This document shows, one piece after another, positions 32,874 to 44,100 of a DNA stretch of 64,000 bases (within the stretch, counting starts at the first letter, position 1; each line of letters begins with the position of its first letter). A program made the translations under genes and the position numbers. This DNA is from Reclinomonas americana ATCC 50394 (lineage: Eukaryota). The notes beneath the pieces were generated by a model. The model made no database searches, was not told the origin of the DNA, and was given only the letters and a program-made list of their open reading frames with translations. The DNA is taken from NCBI GenBank assembly GCA_048213135.1, contig PS015026.1:75275-139274 (forward strand), given 5' to 3'.

Positions 32874-35800
32874 GATACGAAAAAAAAACTCGGTACCAAC
32901 CTGACGATGCTGATGATGCATGTTGTCGTAGTCGTCCTCGTCGGCGTAGTGGTAGTGCCCCTCACCACGTGCCGACAAGTCGCCGCCTCCGTGCACCACT
33001 GGAGTGCTCGTGGCGCTGCCCGAGGACCAGTTCAGCGCTCCCGCCAGCGCCATGTGGAACGCAGCGTTGGGCGAGGTGGCGTAGCCGGCGGCGTGCTCCT
33101 CATCGCCCGACATCATGTTCACTTCTTCAATCACCGACATTACACACACACACACGACGATGCGCTCTCTCTAAAACACGATACCAATCCACGGTGTGAA
33201 ACTGAGAATGTCGTTCTGCAAACTGAGCAACAGCAGTCGGGAAGAGATTCTCCGGACTCCAGACAACCCCATTCCAACGCAANNNNNNNNNNNNNNNNNN
33301 NNNNNNNNNNNNNNNNNNNNNNNNNNNNNNNNNNNNNNNNNNNNNNNNNNNNNNNNNNNNNNNNNNNNNNNNNNNNNNNNNNNNNNNNNNNNNNNNNNNN
33401 NNNNNNNNNNNNNNNNNNNNNNNNNNNNNNNNNNNNNNNNNNNNNNNNNNNNNNNNNNNNNNNNNNNNNNNNNNNNNNNNNNNNNNNNNNNNNNNNNNNN
33501 NNNNNNNNNNNNNNNNNNNNNNNNNNNNNNNNNNNNNNNNNNNNNNNNNNNNNNNNNNNNNNNNNNNNNNNNNNNNNNNNNNNNNNNNNNNNNNNNNNNN
33601 NNNNNNNNNNNNNNNNNNNNNNNNNNNNNNNNNNNNNNNNNNNNNNNNNNNNNNNNNNNNNNNNNNNNNNNNNNNNNNNNNNNNNNNNNNNNNNNNNNNN
33701 NNNNNNNNNNNNNNNNNNNNNNNNNNNNNNNNNNNNNNNNNNNNNNNNNNNNNNNNNNNNNNNNNNNNNNNNNNNNNNNNNNNNNNNNNNNNNNNNNNNN
33801 NNNNNNNNNNNNNNNNNNNNNNNNNNNNNNNNNGGGTGAAGCGGCCGGCAGTGACGTGCCGACACTCTCGTCCGCGTTGGGCGACGACGGAGCAGTGGAG
33901 CCCGGCGTGTAGACCTTGCGTGAGGACGAGGCCGTCGGCGCCGAGTATCCGGGGCCGGAGCTGGTGGAGTTTCGGCGGCTCGACGCACGACTGCTGACCG
34001 ACGCCGGTGTGAGGGCATTCGCATTTGCCTGGCTATTGCTGTTGCTGTTGCTGTTGCTGCTCGGCGTCGGTCGCTTGGAGGTGGCAGACGAAGGAGTGCG
34101 GGCCAGAGCTGCAGCGGCAGCAGCTGCCGCGGCACCAGCACTCGGAGACTTGGTGGTGGATGGCGTCTTGCCGGCGGCCGAGGACGGCGACTCGTTGTCG
34201 TGGGTGGTGACAATGTTGCTGACGGTGGTCATCTTCATGTTGCGCATGGCCGGCTTCTTGTGGAGCTGCGTCTCAAACTTCTTAAAGAGACGCGGCGAGT
34301 CGGGATCAGTATCGGACTCCATCACGGCGGAGACTCGTGGAATCTGCAGCAATGCACACAGTGAGTTGATTGCTGGCCAACGGCGACTGACAGAGTAAAA
34401 AGAAAAGCCTCACCTCACGCGGTGCCAGTGCGGCGGCCTCCTGCTGCTGCTGCTGCTGCTGCTGCTCGCCATCTTCCTGCTCATCGCCCTCCTCCTTACC
34501 GCCAGTCTCCTCGAGGTCCTGGTTGAGCAGAGCCGAGCCGCGCATGCTCTCCAGCGCGCTCATTTCGTCGTCACCCCAGTCCGCCTCCTCACCCTCGTCG
34601 CCGCAGACCACGCTGCTGGTGGCCACTGTCGACTGCACACCAGACGCCGGTGCCACAACGGCATCGGCCGTGGCCGCCCAGTCAATCTCCTCCTCAAACG
34701 ACTTCTCTTCCTGCTGCTGCGGGGCGCCAGCGCCCGGGGCCACGGCAATGACCGACCCGTCGGCGAGCACCACATAATCCGAGTCATCGTCGTCTTCCTC
34801 CTCCTCGCGCTGCTCCGCTGCCGCGACATTGTCTCCCTCCTCCTCCTCCTCCTCCTCCTCCTCGTCAAACACCTCCGTGGCCTGCAGCTGCTGAGCAGAC
34901 TCGGCCAGTTCGCGGTGCGGCGACAGCACCGGCGAGCGCACACCCGAGGCATTGACCGCCATCAAGGTGCCGTCCGGCAGCACCAAGTAGTCCGACTCGT
35001 CCTCGTCCTCATCGGCACCGGCAGCTGCCGCCTCCGCGCCATCGCCCGCATGCGACGACTCCATCGTGTAGAGCGAGATCGGGCGCGAGCTGTGCGGCGT
35101 CTCCGGTCCCGGCTCACCCAGCGCCGCGAGGATCTCGTCCGCCTCCTGCACCACATCGGGACTCTGCACACACAGTGAGTGAGGACACACTGAAGAAAAT
35201 GCAAAAAGGAGGAGGAGGANNNNNNNNNNNNNNNNNNNNCGCCGATGGCTTGTGCATGCGCGCCACGTGCGAGACGAGCTCGTCCACATCGACGCGGTAG
35301 TAGCCGGGTGGCGGCACAGCGTCAAACATCGGCTGTGCAAAGCGGTCGGTCGACACGCCGAATGGAGCGCGGCTGCTGCGAGCCGAGGTGCTGAGGTAGG
35401 TGCGCGTGCCACTGCGTCCGCTCTGCGAGCGAGTGCCGGCACCCACTGAGCGCGTGTCGGCCCGCGAGGAGCGTGGCCGGGCCAGGCCGCTGCCGCCGAC
35501 ACTGCCGCGTCCCGAGCGAGCGGGTGAGCGTGAACGGCTGTTGCTGCGCGTCTCCTTCTTGTTGGCGGTGACAACGACGGCGGCGACCTTGTGGCTTGCC
35601 AAGTTGTGCGGGCTGCGAGCTCGTGGCGTGGTGGCCTTGCGTGCCGAGGGTGCCTCGTCGGCTCCGCCGTGAATGTGCACGGGGATGATCTCGTTGTCGG
35701 CGTCGAGAGTGGCCAGCACGCGGTGAGACGACGAGCTAACAAGTGGTGTGCCGGCGCGAGAGCCGACGGTTTCCTCTTGCAGCTGCTGGTGTTGGTGGTG

Positions 35801-36556
35801 GTGGTGATCGGTCTCCTCGGTTGGGTTGTCCATGTCAATGTCGAGACCGAGCAGCGTGCTCATGTCCGCCACGTCGCAGTTGCTGGCGCGGCTGGCAGAG
35901 CCGCGTCGTGAACGACCAAACGACACCACCGATGCCGTGCCGGCGTACGAGGCCGACGACATCCACTGCAGCGAGCGCAGGTAGGCGGCACGCTGAATGC
36001 GTTCCTCCTCTTGCTGCACGCGACCAAAGTCCGACGCCGGCGTGTAAATCAGCTCGGTCTCCTTGGCCTCAGCCGGTCGGAAGGTGGAGAAGCGCTTCCC
36101 GCTGCCGTTGTACAGTGGCGACACTTGCTTCTTCGGCACATTAAAGTCCGAGGGCGGCACGAACGACTCGTCGGTGATTGACTGCGAGTGAATGAGCAAT
36201 TTAGTGTCACGATGGCATGACGAAGAGGAGGCAGGAGAACGCACCATATCCGCAGGCATGGACCGGCGAATCGGATCCATGTAGGCGCGGTAGGGTCCAG
36301 GCACCGTCGTGGTGCGCTTCTCCTTGCGCGGCTGCTTCTTNNNNNNNNNNNNNNNNNNNNNNNNNNNNNNNNNNNNNNNNNNNNNNNNNNNNNNNNNNNN
36401 NNNNNNNNNNNNNNNNNNNNNNNNNNNNNNNNNNNNNNNNNNNNNNNNNNNNNNNNNNNNNNNNNNNNNCCTTTTGGCTGCGCCACCAAGCGCTACTTTG
36501 AGCGCGATCCGCCGCTGATGCGCCAAGGCCTGCAGCGGACCACCAACAAGGCGTAG
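32874..36556. CDS. SHIPPO/PG-repeat (ODF3-like) protein spread over four contigs: three read on the minus strand, the last exon (36470-36556) on plus
   Basis: TVPGPYRAY, APFGVSTDRF...VPPPGYY...RMHKPSA, then FGCATKRYF...NKA*. The pieces run N to C from left to right although each is reversed. Confidence 0.65.
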
Positions 36557-36749
36557 TACTGCACTGTAGATTGTCGCTCTTGTTAGTTTTTTTGCCCCCC
36601 TCGTATACCGCGCCCATGTAAGAGTAATGAGTATGATTGATCGTTAATACACCCGAGAACGTTGTTAGAAATCGAAAGGAGATGGGGGGAAGATCAACAT
36701 CGTCCCGCATGCGCAGCGTACCGCTGTGCTGCCACAGAATTGCCTTTGT

Positions 36750-39700
36750 GACGGTTCCTGTGCAAGCTGCTCCTATGGCGCACGAGTACGATATGCAGTT
36801 CCCTCATGACGCAGCCACCTTCCTCGACCCCTTCTCGGAAGAGTCGAGGCCGCCGATGAGCTTCAAGCTCGTGCGGAAGGTGCGCATGCTGTCGAATTCG
36901 AAGGAGCAACTGCATGAAATCGGTGAATCGCTGCGTTGGTGGCTGATTTCAGCGCCGCGTTTGCTGGCGTGCGCCGTGAGCTTGGTCTGCTGGTGGAAGC
37001 CCGCGCTCGGAACGTGGATGGCGTCGACGTTGAGCAGCCGATTCTGGTCCGTCCCTCCGCCCTTGCTGGTGTCCTACGAGAGCGCCCTCGTGGCGCTGTC
37101 GGAGGAGACGTACGGTCGCTTGATGGCCCCTGCAGCGTGTGCTGCTGCTGCGGAGTCGGCTGCCCGTCGTCAGCAGGAGCCTGGCGCTGCCGGCGGCTCT
37201 CGTCCTCGTCGCATCCGCGAAGAGTGCACCACTCAGCAACACCTCCTGGTCATCGTTCGCTCCCTCCTCCGCTTGTTCCAGAAGCACCACCACGAGTCGC
37301 CAGCGGCTAAGCCGGCGGACAAGGTGGCGCCCCTTGCCGTCGCCTCTGACCTCCGCTCCGGCTCTCTGCGCTGCGTGCTTCCTTGTCGAAAGACTGGCAA
37401 GCTGCTGACGACCGCCTCCCTTGTACCATCAAGGCGTCGGTCCCCTCGACCGGCGTTGTCTGGAGTGGCAGCTACAGTATTATTCGTAGTCGTCTGCTTG
37501 CTGCGCTCAACAAGGCCTTGTGTCTTCACAGTGCGGCAAAGAAGAAGGCTGATGCAACTCGCGCTGCCCTCAACTCCAGCCGCCTGCAGCACCTTTACCG
37601 TGTCAATGCCAACAAGGCTTTCCAGCGTGTCAACAACGAGTTCGAGGCCGAGCGTGGCAACTGCACCAACATCCGCTACTCTGGCTCGGTCGACGACACT
37701 GTGTCTTTCTACCAGCAACTTACGGCCGCCGTCGACGTCGACAACCCACCGACTGACTGGCCCGACCTTCAAGATCTCGGCATCGCTGGCGAAGCCGACT
37801 TCCGCATGCCTGACGTTCAACACACCTTGGCCGCCCAAGAGTCTCCACTCTGTAACACCCCCATGGTCACTGTGTCGAGTGTTCAGAAACTGTTGAAGTC
37901 GCTTCACAAGGCGGTGGCGACTGGCTTGGATGGCGTGCCGTACGAGGTCTTCCAGTACTTTGCCGACCGAAAGGGCGACACTGTGGTAATGGGCTGGGTT
38001 GGCATGGTGGCTGACATCATCCAGATTGCTCTGTGGTCCTGCCGTTCGCCGCACTCCATCCGCATGCGCCGCATCATCCACATCTGGAAGGGCAAGGGCG
38101 ACAACGTCAACGACACCGACAACCTCGACCAGTTCCGCCCCATCTCGCTGCAAGTGGCGCTGTACAAGATCATCAACCTCTACTTCCTCCGCAACGTCCT
38201 TCAGCCGATTGCGCACATGGTCGACCTGTTCTGCGACGAGCAGCAAGGCTTCCGCTTCGGCTCCGACGGCTGCCTGCAACACCACTTTTGTCGGTCAGAG
38301 TGTGATCGACGATTTCTGTAACAACATCAACCATTGCGGTTCTCTCAGCCCTGTTCCAGCTCCCAACCCAGCTGACCAAGACAACTGCCTGGTGGTCCTC
38401 AAGCTTGACAGCAAGCGCGCTTACGACAGTGTTCCCCCTGCTCTTGTTCGTTTTGTGCTTGAGAAGATGCGCTTCCCCCTTTACATCACGCAGTATTTGA
38501 TGGACTGGATCGAGTTCCAGCCTTTCGTGGCATCCCTCGACAACTTTCAGGTGACACCTGTCATGTTGTCCTCAGTCCTTTTGTCAACAATGCCATGGCA
38601 TCTGTGTTCATTCGTGGCGTTCGCGCCCTTCGTGTTGGTTACTCTTTCTGTGATTCCGACATTCGTGTGTGTGTTTCTGCCTTTGCCGATGATCGTCACG
38701 TGGTGGTGTCTTCCGTTCGTGAGGCGCAGCTGGTCCTGGATCTGTCCAAGCGTTTGGCCGAGTGGTCTGGCATTGCCGACAACCCGCAGAAGTCATTGGT
38801 GTTGGCTCTGCGTGCTCGGAACAAGCCGACTGGTCCAATGCAGGCGCAGAACTTTGTGGCTGTGGAGTTCGATCCCGAGCTGCTGATGGCTGGCACTGCG
38901 TTGCGATCCATGTCATCTGTCACTGAGTGCGATCGTTGGCTTGCCTACCCGTTCTACTCACCGACTCGTACAAGTGAGGCGAAGAAGCAAGTGGCGAAGA
39001 TACTAGTGCTGGAGATTCAGCTCTTCACTCCGATCGAGGCCATCAAGCAGTCGTCGCTGTTGCCGCTCCAGAAGGTGGATGCCGTTCGCCGCTTCATCCT
39101 CACCAAGGCCACCTTTGTCATGTCGGCCGTGGAGCTTCAGCAGGACGTGCTCGCCACAATCGACCGCACGATCCGCGACAACATCCGACTCTGCCTTGGC
39201 CTCGACAACGACTCCGGCACACCCTTCCTCTACACTCCGCTGTCGAAAGGTGGTCTCGGCCTGTACTCTGTGGTGGAGCGAGCGGCCTCTCTGTTGCTGA
39301 TCGACTCGGCGGTGAAGCTGTTGACACACCGCCGTCCGCTGACTCACCGTGTGGCGGAGCACATGCTCCACTGCTCGGTGAAGGCGGCCGGTGGTCGTGT
39401 TGACGACTTCTCGCCGTTGCCGACTGCTGGTTTGGTGGCCAAGTACCGGCAGACGAACGAGGTCACAGACGTCAATCGCCAGCAGCTGCCAGTTGCCACT
39501 CCTCAGCGGTATTTCTCTGTGTTGCTGTCTCCTGTTGCTCCTCCGGCTGGTGCTGCTGCGGTTGCTCCTAGTGCAGGTACTCGGTTTCAAGTGGCCACTG
39601 ATCCGAGTGCTCCTTGCCGCGCTGTTCGCTCCAATCTGATGAGTGTTGCTCTCGGGCACGCTCTGAAGTTGGGTGTCAGTGTGGAGGTGCATCCGGCTGC

Positions 39701-40697
39701 TGCTGCTGCTGGTCAGCCTCCGCTGGTAGTCGGACGGCTGGCTGACGGTGGTGTTGTGTCCCTTTTGCCTCTCGCTTTTTGCCTGCGATGTCACACTTCT
39801 ACTCCAAGGGCCACATTGTGGGCTGGAAGGCCTTGCGGAAGTGTGGTGCCTTTGTCGACTCTCTGCAGAAGGCTGCTGCTGGAACCCATGACGTGGTGGC
39901 TCAGGGCAACAGCATCACCGAGAAGGAGCAGCGCTTCCTGTGCAAGATGCGGACCAACTCCGTCATGCTCAACAACAAGGCGGCGGTCTTTAGCGGCAAC
40001 CCTGGTGGCCCTGCCTCGCTGTGCCCACTCTGTGGCAAGGAGTCGGAGTCGCTTGGCCACTTGCTCAACGGCTGTGAAAAGCTGAAGGGCGTGTGGACGA
40101 CGCGCCACGACAACGTGCTCGACGTCCTTCAAGCGGCTCTGGTGCGGCGCCCCAAGGTGGACGGTGTGGCGTGCCAGCTGGTGCGCGAGCGTGTCGACGC
40201 CGACTTGCTGCCCGCGGTGGTGGACTTTGCCGACCACGCCAACCTGGCCAGGCTCAAGCCGGACCTCACCCTGGTTCATACCAGAGAGGGGACTGGTGAG
40301 ATCTGCTCGGTCCAGGTGGTGGAGCTGACGTGCCCCTTCGCCAACGAGGACTCGGTCAAGTCTGCTGTCAACGGCAAGAAGGCCAAGTACGAGTCGTTGG
40401 TCAAGTCCATCAAGCAGAAGGTCGGCAATCAGGCCAAGGTCGAGCTTGTGGTGCTCCCTGTGACCTCGATTGGCACGACTCTGGCCTTGGTGTCGACTGG
40501 CCTCCGTTGTCTCGGCGTGCGCAACGTCCGACAGTGCATCTCTCGCCTTCGTGCACGACAAGCTTACGTACAAGTTACTCGATGTTTGTCCAACGATGCA
40601 AGGGAGTGGGTGGTGCACAGGTTCAGGCCGGAGTGCAAGGTGCTCACTTGGTTGTGGTGTGAGAGAAGTAACAGTTTCCCAATTCTTGCCCCACTGT
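36750..40697 (+). mobile_element. R2-superfamily (RLE-type) non-LTR retrotransposon, copy 1; frameshifted and probably 5'-truncated
   Basis: RT motifs ATGLDG, FRPISL, EQQGF, LDSKRAYDSV, AFADD, NPQKS, LYTPLSKGGLGL; CCHC knuckle CPLCGKESESLGHLLNGC; RHDNV; endonuclease KPDL...VELTCPF...KKAKYE. The 3' end is defined by homology with copy 2. Confidence 0.95.
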
Positions 40698-41144
40698 ATT
40701 GTATTGAACAAGCAAATAACAGTAGAACGATTGGAGACGACGTATATGAAATGAATTGGCTCCTGATCGTTCTACTCCAGAATCCTCAGTATATCTAACA
40801 ACAACTATCACTTGTTTTAATTGTTTGACATGTTTAGCAATTACATTAACTAATGGCTTCTTGGTTATTAATGGTATGCCAGTTTTTTGCAGTATGTTCA
40901 AGTTTTAATGCTATATCAGCAACTGGAGGCAGTTCAACTCTGAATCATCGCCCCGTCAGCCTCTGCGCCTTTCATCCACCCTCATATTCTAGGTGCGAAA
41001 AAGAGAATGCAAGCGTATGCAAGAGAACTTTGTCAACTAAAAGCAAAGCAGATTGGTATACAGTGCTCACCCAGCCGCTGATGAAACCAAGACAGGCCAC
41101 TATGGAGATCAATCACCAGCATTACATTTGTTCACAGATTCTCC

Positions 41145-44100
41145 TCATTCATACAAGGCGTCGCTAAAGTCGGGCGAGAATGACCCGATGATTCGCTCGA
41201 GCAAATCGCTTTGCTGGTCCCTCCGCAGCACGCGATTCGGATCGTCAGAATCTCGGAAGACGCCAGAAGCGCCAGCGAGATCGACCCGCGAACCACGTCT
41301 CACCTGCTCACCACTCGCCAGTGACCACACCCGTACAGTCTTGTCCAAACTGCCACTCACAATGTGCTGACCATCGGGTGTCACTGCCACTGCATTCACC
41401 TCTCTCGTATGGCCTTCCAGTCGGCGCACCTCCTCGCCACTTGTCACCGACCACACCCGTACAGTCTTGTCCCAACTTCCACTGACAATGTGCTGGCCAT
41501 CGGGTGTCACTGCCACTGCAGACACCCCATTCGTGTGGCCTTTCAGTCGGCGAACCTCCTTGCCACTCGCCAGTGACCACACCCGTACAGTCTTGTCCCC
41601 ACTGCCACTCACAATGTGCTGACCATCGGGAGCGACGGCGACAGCATACACCTCATTCGTGTGGCCTTCCAGTCGGCGCACCTCCTCGCCACTTGCCACC
41701 GACCACACCCGTACAGTCTTGTCATGACTGCCACTCACAATGTGCTGGCCATCGGGTGTCACTGCTACTGCCAGCACGTAATCTGTGTGGCCTTCCAGTC
41801 GGCGTACCTCCTCGCCACTTGCCACCGACCACACCCGTACAGTCTTGTCAAGACTGCCACTCACAATGTGCTGGCCATCGGGTGTCACTGCCACTGCCCG
41901 AACGAAATTCGTGTGACCTTCCAGTCGGCGCATCTCCTCTAAACTTGCCACCGACCACACCCGTACGGTCTCGTCCCAACTGCCACTCACAATGTGCTGG
42001 CCATCGGGTGTCACTGCCAGTGCATTCACCCCACTCGTATGGCCTTCCAGTCGACGCACCTCCTCGCCACTTGCCACCGACCACACCCGTACAGTCTTGT
42101 CCGAACTACCACTCACAATGCGCTGGCCGTCGGGTGTCACTGCCACTGCGTCCACCCCCCACGTGTGACCTTCCAGACGGCGCACCTCCTCACCACATGC
42201 CATCGACCACACCCGTACAGTCTTGTCATGACTGCCACTAACAATGTGCTGGCCATCGGGTATCACTGCCACTGCATACACACCACTCGTGTGACCTTCC
42301 AGTCCGCGCACCTCCTCGCCACTTGCCACCGACCACACCCGTACAGTCTTGTCATAACTGCCACTCACAATGTGCTGGCCGTCGGGTGTCACTGCCACTG
42401 CATTCACCTCTCCCGTGTGGCCTTCCAGTTGGCGCACCTTCTTGCCACTTGCCACCGACAACACCCGTACAGTCTTGTCATGACTGCCACTCACAATGTG
42501 CTGGCCATCGGGTGTCACTGCTACTGCCAGCACGTAATCTGTGTGGCCTTTCAGTCGGCGAACCTCCTTGCCACTCGCCAGTGACCACACCCGTACAGTC
42601 TTGTCATCACTGCCACTTACAATGTGCTGGCCATAGGGTGTCACAGCCACTGCACGCACCGAACCCGTGTGGCCTTCCAGTCGGCACACCTCCTTGCCAC
42701 TTGCCACCGACCACACCCGTACAGTCTTGTCATGACTGCCACTCACAATGTGCTGGCCATTGGGTGTCACTGCCACTGCATTCACCCCATTCGTGTGGCC
42801 TTCAAGTCGGCGCACCTCCTCGCCACTTGCCACCGACCACACCCGTACAGTCTGGTCAAGACTGCCACTCACAATGTGCTGGCCATCGGGTGTCACTGCC
42901 ACTGCATTCACCCCATTCGTGTGGCCTTCAAGTCGGCGCACCTCCTCGCCACTTGCCAGTGACCACACTCGCACTATCTTGTCTTGGCCCCCAGTCACAA
43001 CGTACTGACCATCGGGAGTGACGGCAACTGAGTTCGCCGCGTCAGGATGCCCCACCACCGGCTTCCTCGACCACTTCACATCCTTCACCTCCGCCCCTCT
43101 GAAATCCGCCTCCCTCGCAAACGCCGAGCACACATTCACCTCTCGCAAATCCGCTCCCCTCCACACCGTCCTGTGCATCACCGCATCCCTCAAATCCGCA
43201 CCCCTCACTCGCACACGCGACAGATCTCGCCCACTGAACGACACTTGCGCAACACACAGCACCGTCGCTGCATTCGCCGCTGCCGTCACCACTCGCTTCT
43301 CATCCACCTCTCGTGACAACTCAATCACCTCCCACAGTTTCGCTTGCAAACGAGGAGATCGTCGCACCATCTCGGCCATTTGCTCCACCAACGATGGCCG
43401 ATCATTCAGTAGTCGCACTGCCAACACATGCTGCTGTACATCTTGCATCGTCAACCTCCTCTCCTCATCCCACGTCTCCCACGCAAACACATGCCGCGCC
43501 ACACAGTGCTCCAACAACGACAGATGCACAAATCCCCACTGATCCGTCCCAAACCGTCGCACAATCGGACAACACACTCGCACATGCTTGTGCTTGTGAC
43601 CGAGGAACTTGTCAAACGGTCCCTCATCCACTCGTCTTCGCAAGGCGAGTGGAGCACCACCAAAGTCATCTTCCTCCCCGTCATCACCAGATCGACTCTC
43701 AATCACAGACACACGCACCACATTCCGCTCATGCATCAACCGTGCCAGTCCCTCACAGAATGAGATACACAAGTCCTCACTCGGCACACGCTCCGCATCA
43801 AGACGCGTCTGCCTCTCTTGCTCCCTCACAATCCGCTGTCGAACGAATCGGTCAAACACATCAGACCGAGTCGGTCGCTGCACGCCACTCGCCACCAACT
43901 CCGGCAACACACGAGCCACCACTGCCAGCAGGAATGGATTCGATTCCAGTGCATCAAGTCCACGCACACTCTTCAGCGCACAAACGTACTCCTCCGCACT
44001 CGACCATCGCACTTCATCGCCCTCATCGTCACCACCACCCACTTGCACCAGTCGCTTAAAGTACTCCTCAATCTGCTCCTTGTTGAATGGTGCAACGTGT

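Noticed and set aside
37383-43052. RT next to hypervariable repeats suggesting a diversity-generating retroelement
   Set aside because: The RT is a non-LTR RLE type, there is no non-coding template repeat, and the variable codons (AAT GGG, GGT TCG, GAT TAC, TGG GGG) are not adenine-specific changes.
41290-43052. Regular repeat/variable pattern resembling a CRISPR array
   Set aside because: The units are in-frame 126-bp WD40 coding repeats, and there are no cas genes in this eukaryotic context.
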